DNA of 63,339 nt, filler included. It is 4 parts of 4 records of this genome, joined end to end, with 100 filler letters (N's around TTAATTAATTAA, not from the genome) between each part and the next. Parts side by side here need not be neighbours in the genome. Positions count along the whole stretch, not along the records: positions 29,008 to 52,508 come from SRR20825006_92; 3 more parts are not named here. One strand, given 5' to 3'. Every line of letters begins with the position of its first letter. The first letter of the stretch is position 1. Positions 33,001 through 41,813 of the stretch are shown here, one piece after another. A program made the translations under genes and the position numbers. The notes under the pieces are model-generated. The model had not been told where the DNA came from, did no database searches, and saw nothing but the letters and a program-made list of their open reading frames with translations.

Positions 33001-34925
33001 TCGTCACAAACATAAAACGGATTTAAATTAGTGTCACTCAACAGTCTATTCGTAAAAAGTCTTATGTACCCCAAAGTAATACATCCAGAATTTGTATTGA
33101 TAATTCTTATATAAATAATTTGTTCAAAAGAAGTAGTATTTGTAAAATTAGATGGGTTATCAATTGGATTTACCCCATCTAAAGCATCTTGATTGGTAAG
33201 ATGATAACTAATAGAAACGTTTGTTAGGTATTCAATAATAGGCTGTGCAGCACTTATAAGATCAAAGTTTGCAAATCCGTCCAAATCATTGTCGCATGCA
33301 TCAATGGAGTTCACTGTTGTTGAAAGAAGAACCCCTTTTTTAATTTTTAGTGTAACCGTTGTTGTAGCAAAACATCGGGTAATAGGGTCTCTAATACGTA
33401 CAAATAGTGTTTTAGTTTCTTGGTAGCTTATATAATTTTCACTTACAGAATTTATACCACTATCTGCCGCTGTTTGAGTTTCGTGGTAGGTAACTACGTA
33501 CTTGTTTTCATCATCAATAAGTAGAGGAGTAATTTCAGAAAGATCAAAACTTTCAGAGCCCACCACATTGGTGTCGCATTTCTCTAGTGTAATATCATTA
33601 TTTACAATAGGAAGCGGATTCACAATAAGATTAAAATGATTAAAAGCAAGACAACCACTCTCTTTTTCTTCTATTCTTACATGAATTGTTTGCGGATTAC
33701 TACTATTTATAACAGTAGTTTGCGGATTCCTACTGGAATTAGCATCTGCTTCGGTTAGGTGGTAAGTAATGGTGTAATTACCTGTATTTCCTAGAGAATT
33801 TAAGACCTCTTCATCTTTTTCTGAAAGATTAAAAGTCTCAGAAGCATCATTTTCAGCATCACATTTTATAAAATCGCTGAGGGTAGTAGAAGCTTGCTCT
33901 GTGCTTAAACTAATATTAATTTCATCTTCAATAGTACACATATTTGAGCCAAGAGGAATAGATGCAATAACTTTAAAATTTCCACCGGGTTCGTTTGCAA
34001 TAATAGAAGAAGTGGTTTGAGGAAGTTTTACGTTATTTAAAAACCATTCATAAGTAGCTTGCGGATTTTGAATGCTCGCATCTAATTTAACGGCGCTGGC
34101 ACAGGTGCTAATATCAGGACCTAAATCTATTTCCGTAGTAAAACTATGTGCTTCAATAAAAATAGCAGAATCGGAGAGAGTATCTCTTTGGTCTGCTACA
34201 ATAAGTTTAATCCTATAGGGTTTGTTGGGTTCTATATTTGCAGTTGCAGTAAGTGGAACAGTACGTCCATTAAAGTTTGTGTTTCCTATATTATATCCAT
34301 CAAAAAACTCTTCATTTTCAGCATCACAAAATCCTACAATCTCTTGGTGGATAGTGTTTGTAGCAATTGGAATAGTTGTATTAGGAATTAAAGCTATATT
34401 TTGATAGGGTTTGGATCCATCGGCGGGTTGAATTAAAAAAGCAAAACTATCAGAATATTCGCATGGAAAATGATTGGAATATTCTTCAGAAGCTAGTAAG
34501 TAATTAAAGCTAATAGTATTTGTTCCTGCAATAAATTCAAATTCAATTGTAGTAGCATTAAAGGTTTCTGTAACCCCAGTAATAACCTCTAAATCTGGAT
34601 CTCCGCTCCAATTTTCATCTCCAGCACTTAATAACTCACCATTAACCGATCCACTAATTTGGTTAATAGCTCCAGTGGTAATTACAATTCCTTCAGAAAA
34701 AGGAAAAGAGGGAGCATTATTACTAAAATATCCATAGCTTTCAATACCAGTAGCCATACCATTAATGGGAGAACTCACATTTAAAATTTCTACACAACCC
34801 TCTACAAAACTCCCCTCAATTAACTCTGGAAGTGGTTGGTTATTATCAATAGTTAGTCGTTGCGCATTGATTTTAGCAATGCATAACACACCTACAAAGA
34901 TTAATGTATACCATTTTAATTTCAT
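30081..34925 (-). CDS. T9SS type-B CTD surface protein with N-terminal choice-of-anchor L-like domain and about 11 internal repeats
   Basis: Signal peptide; FNYLLASEEY and FNGRT N-domain; repeated CD..DG...FDL...NPQTIY.R units; C-terminal PKFFTPNGDG, IYDRYGKLL, WDG, DYWF, GHFSLVR. Confidence 0.9.
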   Translation of the reverse strand: MKLKWYTLIFVGVLCIAKINAQRLTIDNNQPLPELIEGSFVEGCVEILNVSSPINGMATGIESYGYFSNNAPSFPFSEGIVITTGAINQISGSVNGELLSAGDENWSGDPDLEVITGVTETFNATTIEFEFIAGTNTISFNYLLASEEYSNHFPCEYSDSFAFLIQPADGSKPYQNIALIPNTTIPIATNTIHQEIVGFCDAENEEFFDGYNIGNTNFNGRTVPLTATANIEPNKPYRIKLIVADQRDTLSDSAIFIEAHSFTTEIDLGPDISTCASAVKLDASIQNPQATYEWFLNNVKLPQTTSSIIANEPGGNFKVIASIPLGSNMCTIEDEINISLSTEQASTTLSDFIKCDAENDASETFNLSEKDEEVLNSLGNTGNYTITYHLTEADANSSRNPQTTVINSSNPQTIHVRIEEKESGCLAFNHFNLIVNPLPIVNNDITLEKCDTNVVGSESFDLSEITPLLIDDENKYVVTYHETQTAADSGINSVSENYISYQETKTLFVRIRDPITRCFATTTVTLKIKKGVLLSTTVNSIDACDNDLDGFANFDLISAAQPIIEYLTNVSISYHLTNQDALDGVNPIDNPSNFTNTTSFEQIIYIRIINTNSGCITLGYIRLFTNRLLSDTNLNPFYVCDDELNDGVEIFDLLEIETTIASIVPNVNVTFYLTETDRDNQLNPIDKNLPFTNTQNPQSLYITISDSNCSEDDEIEIGVTPPILINPIGNQQICDDSQDGFTTINLTQYSNHYKQGNPRLSVSYFLSEEDAESNTNLIPNSLLFENTSNPQKIVVRVTNTVTQCFGLDNFEIEVLPIPIANQPTDIFVCDNDDDGIATIDLSEKRTEIVGSSSTSTVRFFPSEEDANNSSNEIINLNNFSSNSTKIFALIENPVNTCNSIVSFDIIISSKPQKKPISDYEYCDTNNDDVGIFIFNSKDDEILNRQTQKQITYYTSLQNAENRTSAANKNLPFTNTENPQTIYARIENTADQNCYETVSFDLVVVDGPEYNPPTDLYTCDDISNNGQEIFDLQPVENEIRNGFPDIAGVSFYYSEINAINNTNSLPYSYENIENPQTIFTRIESNNGCFQVVEFELNVVIVGLVNDPAPIIACDDDYDEITTFDLTDENIDILGIRQDDVVLDFFYTEVNAEANTNPISNPETFVNTTNPQLIYVRATNTVSNCYLIVPLDLHVEGPPLLKTFNTLSLCADNMNTVLLSDLDIQIAQNPSKVSISYFPNLTEAENNTNELNTIYEPINSINTLYARVTNTTSGCFIITDIYIEVSDLPKYNIPPTLRKCSESLTANFDLSIQSDFIQVSPIPEAQQIGYFTNHEDAVSNTNSLASEEILNFEAINGDVIFVRLKSQKTGCFITTSFEININPFPTIPIQDVTVKCAANSQTTISAATGTTGETYLWSTGATTPEIVLNNDGDYWVTVTSSLGCSNTKNFKISTSRTASVLTIEEIIFTDENSIVVNASGSDNYIFSLDDSAPQNSNVFEDIPIGYHTVTVADLYDCVGIAQQQILVLGFPKFFTPNGDGTHETWHLTDADIRSNATVSIYDRYGKLLKVLNANDPGWDGKFNGRDMPETDYWFRAAIANNEDLIIAKGHFSLVRN

Positions 34926-35157
34926 CCTAATATAAAAAAGAATTTATAGAGGTTGGGGTGAAACTGCTATGGGGTGTTTGTAAGATTAAATAGTTATTTA
35001 AATGTAGTCAATTCTTTCAGATGTAGCAAATAATGATGCTGAATTTCAGTAGGTTATGTCTTATTTTCTTTGAGTTTTATTGAATCATAATTTTTAGATT
35101 TCTGTATATTGTAGGAAATTAATTTTTTTCTTGAAAGTTATTATAGCTTATTGATTT

Positions 35158-35193
35158 TTTTGTTTAACTTTATAGTGTAAAAATTAAACAAAA
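35158..35193. promoter_or_regulatory. Inverted repeat upstream of crtI, candidate operator
   Basis: TTTTGTTTAA-N16-TTAAACAAAA perfect 10-bp arms. Confidence 0.45.
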
Positions 35194-35236
35194 TAATAGA
35201 TGTATCTCAACAAATTAAATACATCTTTTTGCTTAT

Positions 35237-36700
35237 ATGGATAATGATGTTATTGTAATAGGCTCTGGATTTTCATCATTGGCTACTGCTTGTTATTTAC
35301 AGCAAGCGGGTAGAAATGTTGTTGTTTTGGAGAAAAATGAACAGCTCGGAGGACGTGCGTCTGTTTTGGAGGAAGAAGGTTTTAAATTTGATATGGGACC
35401 ATCATGGTATTGGATGCCCGATATTTTTGAGCGCTTTTTTAACGACTTCGGAAAGGAAGTTTCCGATTATTATCAGCTTAAAAAATTATCGCCTGCTTAT
35501 AAAGTATTTTTTGGCAAGGACGATGTTATAACAATTGGTGATAGTTTAGATAAAATTATTGAAACATTTGAATCTATAGACCCAGAAAGTGGTAGTAAGC
35601 TAAAAAGCTTTATTGATGAGGCAAAAACAAATTATTCTATCGCGATGCAAGAATTAGTTTACAAGCCTGGAATTTCAATTTCAGAATTAGTCACTGCCGA
35701 GACTATTTCTAGACTTAATTTATTTATTACCAATATAACTTCGGAAGTAAAAAAGATTACCAATAATGAAAAGCTCCAAAGTATATTAGAGTTTCCAGTA
35801 CTTTTTTTGGGAGCAAAACCAGAAAAAACACCTGCATTTTACAATTTTATGAATTATGCCGATTTTGGTAAAGGAACTTGGTATCCAGAAGGAGGAATGA
35901 ATGAAATTGTAAAAGCAATGGTTTCTTTAGGGAAGTCTTTAGGGGTAAAATATCTTACCAACCAAGAGGTTATGTCGATAGAATTGGAAGGAAAAGAAGT
36001 TTCATGGGTAGAGACAAAAACAAATTTATTTCATTGTAATTTGGTAGTTTCTGGTGCAGATTATGCGCATACAGAAAAACTATTAACCCCAAAATTACGT
36101 AATTATAAAGCGAGTTATTGGCAGAAAAAGACATTTGCTCCTTCTGCATTTTTGTATTACATAGGATTTAAAGGAGATACAGAAAAATTAGCGCACCATA
36201 ATTTGTTTTTTGATACCGACTTTAAAGCCCATGCCGAAGAAATTTATGATGAAAAATGTCTCCCTAAGGATCCATTATTTTATGCGAATTTCCCCTCAAA
36301 AACAGATGCTTCATTAGCACCAGAAGGAATGTCTACAGCTTTTTTTTTAATCCCTGTTTCTGTAGATATAGAAGACGATGTTACAATGCATGATAACTAT
36401 TTAGATCTTATTTTAAAACGATTGGAAGCCTGCACTGGAGAAAATTTGAAGGATAGAATTGTATATAAAAAATCTTTTGGAGTAACAGACTTTAAGTCGA
36501 GATACCATTCTTGTAGAGGGAACGCATATGGTTTGGCAAATACACTTTTACAAACCTCGGTATTAAGACCAAGTATTAAAAATAAAAAAATTAAGAATTT
36601 GTTATATACCGGGCAACTTACAGTTCCAGGGCCAGGAGTTCCACCAGCATTAATTTCTGGTAAAATTGTGAGTAACTATATAAAAAAGAAAAACCTATGA
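35237..36700 (+). CDS. crtI: Phytoene desaturase
   Basis: Rossmann VIGSGFS, GGRA, FDMGPSWYWMP, C-terminal TGQLTVPGPGVPPALISG. Confidence 0.93.
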   Translation: MDNDVIVIGSGFSSLATACYLQQAGRNVVVLEKNEQLGGRASVLEEEGFKFDMGPSWYWMPDIFERFFNDFGKEVSDYYQLKKLSPAYKVFFGKDDVITIGDSLDKIIETFESIDPESGSKLKSFIDEAKTNYSIAMQELVYKPGISISELVTAETISRLNLFITNITSEVKKITNNEKLQSILEFPVLFLGAKPEKTPAFYNFMNYADFGKGTWYPEGGMNEIVKAMVSLGKSLGVKYLTNQEVMSIELEGKEVSWVETKTNLFHCNLVVSGADYAHTEKLLTPKLRNYKASYWQKKTFAPSAFLYYIGFKGDTEKLAHHNLFFDTDFKAHAEEIYDEKCLPKDPLFYANFPSKTDASLAPEGMSTAFFLIPVSVDIEDDVTMHDNYLDLILKRLEACTGENLKDRIVYKKSFGVTDFKSRYHSCRGNAYGLANTLLQTSVLRPSIKNKKIKNLLYTGQLTVPGPGVPPALISGKIVSNYIKKKNL

Positions 36701-37548
36701 CAACCAACTACAATCTCTATCATAAAGTATGTTCGGAAACGAGTAAAATGGTTACCAAAAAGTACAGCTCGTCTTTTTCCCGTTCTATTTTATTTTTAAC
36801 CCCAGAAATAAGAGAGAATATTTATAATATCTATGGGTTTGTTCGTTTTGCAGACGAAATTGTAGATACTTTTTATGAGCACGATCGGAAAAAATTATTA
36901 GATCGGTTTGTAGCAGATTATCATTTGGCACTTTCTCAGGGGATTTCATTAAATCCAGTTTTACAAGCATTCTGTAGAACTCAAAAAGCGTTTTCTATCC
37001 CTCAGCATTTGGTAGATTCATTTTTAGATTCGATGTATATGGATTTAGGAGTGATGAAAGATTTAAATTCAGAAGCCTACCAGAAATATATATATGGTTC
37101 TGCAGAAGTAGTAGGTTTAATGTGTTTAAATGTTTTTCTCAAAGGAGATTGTAAAGATTTTGAAGCGCTCAAGCCTCATGCACAGCGTTTTGGAGCTGCT
37201 TTACAAAAGGTGAATTTTTTAAGAGATATCAGTGCAGATTTTCATCAGCTTAATCGTACTTACTTTCCAAATGTAGACTTCCAAAGTTTTACATTAGAAG
37301 ATAAAATAAGGATTGAAGAAGAGATTAAGGAGGATTTTCAAGAGGCAATAATAGGAATAAAAAAATTACCCCTTTCCTCCCGATTTGCAGTTTACCTTGC
37401 GTATCTTTATTACACTAGTTTGTTTGATAAAATTAAAAAGACCGATTCTGCGCTACTATTTAAAAAGCGTATTCGAGTAAATAATCTTGAAAAATTAATG
37501 TTGTTTTCAAGAATATATGTTCAGAAAAGTCTAAAAATTCAAATATGA
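36697..37548 (+). CDS. crtB: Phytoene synthase
   Basis: YSSSF, YGFVRFADEIVD, SAEVVGLM, QKVNFLRD; 4-bp overlap with crtI. Confidence 0.93.
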   Translation: MTTNYNLYHKVCSETSKMVTKKYSSSFSRSILFLTPEIRENIYNIYGFVRFADEIVDTFYEHDRKKLLDRFVADYHLALSQGISLNPVLQAFCRTQKAFSIPQHLVDSFLDSMYMDLGVMKDLNSEAYQKYIYGSAEVVGLMCLNVFLKGDCKDFEALKPHAQRFGAALQKVNFLRDISADFHQLNRTYFPNVDFQSFTLEDKIRIEEEIKEDFQEAIIGIKKLPLSSRFAVYLAYLYYTSLFDKIKKTDSALLFKKRIRVNNLEKLMLFSRIYVQKSLKIQI

Positions 37549-37994
37549 TTTATGTCTTTTATATAGTACTTACTGTTTTTGTTTTCTGTTTAATGGAAGC
37601 GGTTACTTGGTTTACACATAAATATATTATGCATGGTTTTATGTGGTATTTTCATGACGATCATCACCAACCCGGATATCCACATGTTTTTGAAAAAAAT
37701 GATTTCTTTTTTATCATTTTTGCCATTCCTAGTATTTTATTATTCTATTTTGGAACCATAGACGGAGTAAATTATTTGTTCTTTATTGGTTTAGGGATTT
37801 TATTATATGGAATAGCTTATTTTTTAGTGCATGATGTTTTAATTCATCAAAGATTTAAGTGGTTTAAGCGTACTAATAACACCTATTTAAAGGGGCTTAG
37901 AAAGGCTCATAAGATTCATCATAAACATTTAGGGAAAGAAGACGGAGAATGTTTTGGGATGCTTTTTGTTCCAAAAAAATACTTTAAAATGTAG
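37545..37994 (+). CDS. crtZ: Beta-carotene hydroxylase
   Basis: HKYIMHG, HDDHH, EKND, HDVLIHQR, HKIHH histidine boxes. Confidence 0.92.
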   Translation: MIYVFYIVLTVFVFCLMEAVTWFTHKYIMHGFMWYFHDDHHQPGYPHVFEKNDFFFIIFAIPSILLFYFGTIDGVNYLFFIGLGILLYGIAYFLVHDVLIHQRFKWFKRTNNTYLKGLRKAHKIHHKHLGKEDGECFGMLFVPKKYFKM

Positions 37995-38692
37995 TGGAGA
38001 AATTTCTGTATTTAGTATTAGATGTTTTTAGTTTTCTTATTCCGTTTGCGTATAGCTTTGAACGTAAGCATCTTCATTTTATTCAATATTGGAAACCCTA
38101 TTTCTTAGCTATTTTATTAGTAGGATTGTTTTTTATTACTTGGGATGTTTACTTTACTGTAGAAGGAGTTTGGGGGTTTAACAATCGTTATTTAGTCGGG
38201 ATAAATATTTTTCATCTTCCACTAGAAGAATGGTTATTTTTTCTGCTAATTCCTTATGCTAGCAACTTTATTCATTATTCTTTAAAATACTTTTTCCCGA
38301 AGCCTAAACTAACTCCACAATCTAGTTTTTATTTAAGTCTTTCATTATTTATTTTGAGTGCGGTAGTGGCAGTTTTAAATTTCGATAAAATATATACCCT
38401 CTGTAGTTTTGGACTTTTCAGTATCTTAATGCTTATACAATTAAAGTATGGTTTTGCCATTTTTCAGAGATATATACTTTCATTCCTTATTATTTTAATC
38501 CCCTTTTTTATTGTCAATTCATGGCTTACAGGGGCTTTTACAGCAGAACCTATTGTTTTTTATAATGATGATGAGAATTTAGGAATTCGTGTAGGAACCA
38601 TTCCACTAGAAGATTTTTTCTATTGTTTTTCAATGCTCTATGGAAGCATTTTGTTATTTGAACATTTTAAAAAAAAACGTTTTGAGCATTAA
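37994..38692 (+). CDS. crtY: Membrane-type lycopene cyclase (two cyclase domains)
   Basis: Duplicated LPLEEWLFF / IPLEDFFY motifs; GTG start overlaps crtZ stop. Confidence 0.88.
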   Translation: MEKFLYLVLDVFSFLIPFAYSFERKHLHFIQYWKPYFLAILLVGLFFITWDVYFTVEGVWGFNNRYLVGINIFHLPLEEWLFFLLIPYASNFIHYSLKYFFPKPKLTPQSSFYLSLSLFILSAVVAVLNFDKIYTLCSFGLFSILMLIQLKYGFAIFQRYILSFLIILIPFFIVNSWLTGAFTAEPIVFYNDDENLGIRVGTIPLEDFFYCFSMLYGSILLFEHFKKKRFEH

Positions 38693-39161
38693 AATAACAT
38701 CTCATTCAGGGATTTATCAGTTAAGAGTCTCTCAAGAAGTTAACGCTTCTATAAAAGATGTATGGGAGTTTTTTATAAATCCGCAGAACTTAAATAGTTT
38801 AACCCCAAAGGATTTAGACTTTAAAATAACCTCTCCAAAAAGTAATCAAACCTATAAGGGTCAGATTATAACATACAGTATTAAAGTGTTACCTTTATAT
38901 AGAACTAATTGGGTAACTGAAATTACACAGTTCGAAAATCAAAGTTTATTTGTTGATGAACAACGTTTAGGGCCCTATAAAATGCTCCATCATGAACATC
39001 ATTTTAAAAAGATTGATGCAAATAAAACCTTGGTTGAAGACATAGTTACCTATAAATTACCATTTGGTTTACTAGGGCGTTTTATTGGAGGAAAAATAAT
39101 TCGTAAACGTTTGGTAGAAATATTTACCTTTAGGAAAGAAGTAATTTTTAATTTTTTTTAA
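38682..39161 (+). CDS. SRPBCC family protein
   Basis: VWEFF..P.NL..LTP, WVTEIT, FVDEQRLGPY, HHEHHF, YKLPFG; TTG 38682 preferred. Confidence 0.85.
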   Translation: MSIKITSHSGIYQLRVSQEVNASIKDVWEFFINPQNLNSLTPKDLDFKITSPKSNQTYKGQIITYSIKVLPLYRTNWVTEITQFENQSLFVDEQRLGPYKMLHHEHHFKKIDANKTLVEDIVTYKLPFGLLGRFIGGKIIRKRLVEIFTFRKEVIFNFF

Positions 39162-39177
39162 TAATTTTTTAAATTTA

Positions 39178-39205
39178 ATGTGACCATTTCTTACTTCTTG
39201 TGTCT
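39178..39205 (+). promoter_or_regulatory. Candidate ECF sigma promoter (TGTGACC-N14-GTGTCT)
   Basis: Same motif and spacing recurs at 42794-42821. Confidence 0.6.
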
Positions 39206-39244
39206 AAATGATTGGGACTAGCCTTAACCTAATTTTTTGTTATT

Positions 39245-39817
39245 TTGGTAAACACGCAGGGAGATAGTGAGATAGATGATGAACAGCTTGTAGCAGAAAT
39301 TGTTGCAACTAATAACACGCATTTATTTGCGATTCTTTACGACCGATATTCTGAAATAATATATAACAAATGCCTCAGTTTTACGCATGAAGCAGAAGAG
39401 GCTCAAGACTTAACTCATGATATTTTCATAAACTTATTCTTAAAGCTAAAAACCTACAAAGGAAAGTCAAAATTTTCTACATGGTTGTATTCCTTTACTT
39501 ATAATTTTTGTGTGAATTATGTCCAAAGGAGCTTAAATAAAAGACAAGATAAGTTTGTGCAGACAGAAGAATTACCTGGTGAATCGCATGAGTATCAGGA
39601 AATTTTAGATGAAAATATTTATCAGTTAAAATCTAAGAAATTAGAAAAAGCGCTAAAAAAGATTGAAGCTAATGACAAGATGATATTATTAATGAGATAT
39701 CAAGATGATTTTTCAATAAAAGAAATTCAAGAAGTTCTAGATTTGGGAAGCAGTGCAGTAAAAATGCGATTGAATAGAGCAAAAGGACGTTTAATTGAAA
39801 TCTACAACACGTTGTAA
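39245..39817 (+). CDS. ECF-type RNA polymerase sigma factor
   Basis: AQDLTHDIF, FSTWLYSFTYNFCVNY region 2; SIKEIQEVL, SAVKMRLNRAK region 4; TTG start. Confidence 0.92.
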   Translation: MVNTQGDSEIDDEQLVAEIVATNNTHLFAILYDRYSEIIYNKCLSFTHEAEEAQDLTHDIFINLFLKLKTYKGKSKFSTWLYSFTYNFCVNYVQRSLNKRQDKFVQTEELPGESHEYQEILDENIYQLKSKKLEKALKKIEANDKMILLMRYQDDFSIKEIQEVLDLGSSAVKMRLNRAKGRLIEIYNTL

Positions 39818-39819
39818 TT

Positions 39820-39996
39820 ATGGATAATCCGTTCAAAACAATAATAAACAATGAAAAATTACCAGAAGCCGTAAGGAAAAAGGTAATGAAGGATATTGAT
39901 TTAATTAAGCTGTCGCTCGATGTTGCGGATTTGTTTGTTATTAAATATCCAGAAACAATAACTAATATTTTAAACCTAGGAGATGATAATGATTAG
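39820..39996 (+). CDS. Unannotated 58-aa protein between the ECF sigma gene and the channel-like gene
   Basis: ATG 2 nt after the sigma stop; MDNPFKTIINNEKLPEAVRKKVMKDIDLIKLSLDVADLFVIKYPETITNILNLGDDND; fills the gap almost exactly. Confidence 0.7.
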   Translation: MDNPFKTIINNEKLPEAVRKKVMKDIDLIKLSLDVADLFVIKYPETITNILNLGDDND

Positions 39997-40006
39997 ACAA
40001 TTACAA

Positions 40007-40816
40007 ATGAATTTTGATTTCAAGATTTTACACAATTATTATAATGATTTTTTAGAGGTCTTGCCTAAAGTTGTAGGAGGAATTGTATTCATAATTTTAA
40101 GTTGGCTACTATTAAAATTGATACTTTTTATAGCAAAAAAATCATTGAAACTAACTAAAATAGATTCGTTATTAGAGAATGTAAATGATAAAAATCCAAT
40201 ATTTGGAGATTCTGTAAAAATTAAACCAACAAAAATTATTCTTGCCTTTTTAAAATGGTTTTTAATATTAATACTAATTATTGTTGGGGCCGATATTTTA
40301 GGGCTATCTATAGTTTCCAACGAAGTTGGTAAACTAGTACAGTACTTACCTCGAATTTTCACTGCAGTTATTATATTTCTTGTAGGTACCTATGGTGCAG
40401 TTTTATTACGAAAAGCAGTTCAATCTGCCATAAAAGCTTTTGATATGAATGGCTCTAAAGCCATAAGTATTTTAGTTTTTTACTTAGTGTTTATTATAGT
40501 GGCCATCATGTCTCTTAACCAAGCAGGGGTAGATACCGAAATAATCACTAATAACCTATTTTTAATAATAGGAACATTTATGGCAGCTTTAGCAATAGCA
40601 CTTGGTTTAGGTTCTAGAGACATTGTTTCTCGTTTACTTTTTGTTTTTTATACAAGAAAGACTTTTTCCATTGGGAAGCGTATAAAATTTGGAGAAATAG
40701 AGGGAGTTGTACTCGCTGTAAATAATATCTCCATTCTTATAAAAAATGACGAAAATAAAAAGATAATGGTTCCAATTAAGCAAATAGTTAATGAAAAAGT
40801 AGAGATTTTAAATTGA
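40007..40816 (+). CDS. MscS-related TM-helix membrane protein
   Basis: Repeated LPK/LPR TM-helix units, ALGLGSRD, C-terminal MscS beta-domain-like IGKRIKFGEIEGVV; ATG 40007 preferred. Confidence 0.8.
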   Translation: MNFDFKILHNYYNDFLEVLPKVVGGIVFIILSWLLLKLILFIAKKSLKLTKIDSLLENVNDKNPIFGDSVKIKPTKIILAFLKWFLILILIIVGADILGLSIVSNEVGKLVQYLPRIFTAVIIFLVGTYGAVLLRKAVQSAIKAFDMNGSKAISILVFYLVFIIVAIMSLNQAGVDTEIITNNLFLIIGTFMAALAIALGLGSRDIVSRLLFVFYTRKTFSIGKRIKFGEIEGVVLAVNNISILIKNDENKKIMVPIKQIVNEKVEILN

Positions 40817-40922
40817 TAATTGGTTAGTAAATTATTGAAAATAAATTTATAAAGCATTTATTTTAAACTGAATACAGTTTATTTGCTAATTGTATATCAC
40901 TTAAAAAACGATTTCCTAAGTT

Positions 40923-41738
40923 GTGAATTATCAAACATTTCAACCAAGTTCTGATTTAGAATCTATTATCAGTTGTTATTGGACTTTAGAAGTTCCTGCA
41001 GAATTTTCTGCGCAAAGACAGCGAATAATTCCAGATGGAACAATTGAAATGGCTTTTATTCTTGGAGACGATATTAAACGATACACTTCAGAAAATGAAT
41101 TCATTATACAACCTCGTGCAATGGTTCTCGGACAGACAATTGAACCTTTTTATATCGAACCGACAGGGTATGTTAATACTTTTGCCATTCGTTTTTATCC
41201 TTATGGTTTTTCGAATTTCGTAACAATGCCGATTAAGAAATTGGCTAATAAAGAAACGCCAATAAAACTATTGTTCGGAGAAAAATCTGCTAGTGAATTA
41301 GAGCGAAAAATAATAGAGGCAAAGAATACTAGTAAAAGAATAGAAATTATTGAAGATTTTCTTTTAAAGAAATTTAATGAAAAATCTACTATTAACACTA
41401 TTGTAAAAACTACTATAGATGCTCTTTTAGCATCAAAAGGGAGTGCTTCAATAAGCAAAATCCTTAAAGAAGATCTGTCCAAACGACGGCAACTTGAGAG
41501 AAATTTTATTAAACAAATTGGTGTAAGTCCGAAACAATTAGGCAAAGTAATCCGACTACAAACGGCTCTCAAAATGTTGCTCAACAAAGACTCAGGAAGT
41601 CTAACTGACATTGCCTATGAAAGTGAATATTTTGACCAAGCACACTTTATAAAAGACTTTAAAGAATTTACTGGAATCAACCCAAAGGAGTTTTTAGGTA
41701 ATGAAAACATGACGCTTTCTACTCTTTTCTACAAATAG
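40923..41738 (+). CDS. AraC family transcriptional regulator (DUF6597-type N-terminus)
   Basis: IIPDG, RRQLERNF...GVSPKQL, YFDQAHFIKDFKEFTG; GTG start. Confidence 0.9.
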   Translation: MNYQTFQPSSDLESIISCYWTLEVPAEFSAQRQRIIPDGTIEMAFILGDDIKRYTSENEFIIQPRAMVLGQTIEPFYIEPTGYVNTFAIRFYPYGFSNFVTMPIKKLANKETPIKLLFGEKSASELERKIIEAKNTSKRIEIIEDFLLKKFNEKSTINTIVKTTIDALLASKGSASISKILKEDLSKRRQLERNFIKQIGVSPKQLGKVIRLQTALKMLLNKDSGSLTDIAYESEYFDQAHFIKDFKEFTGINPKEFLGNENMTLSTLFYK

Positions 41739-41813
41739 TCAGCGTGTCGCATTTTTACAATTTTGATTTATACAAGTAAACTAAATTTGTCCTATCAAAT
41801 TAAACAAAACTGT

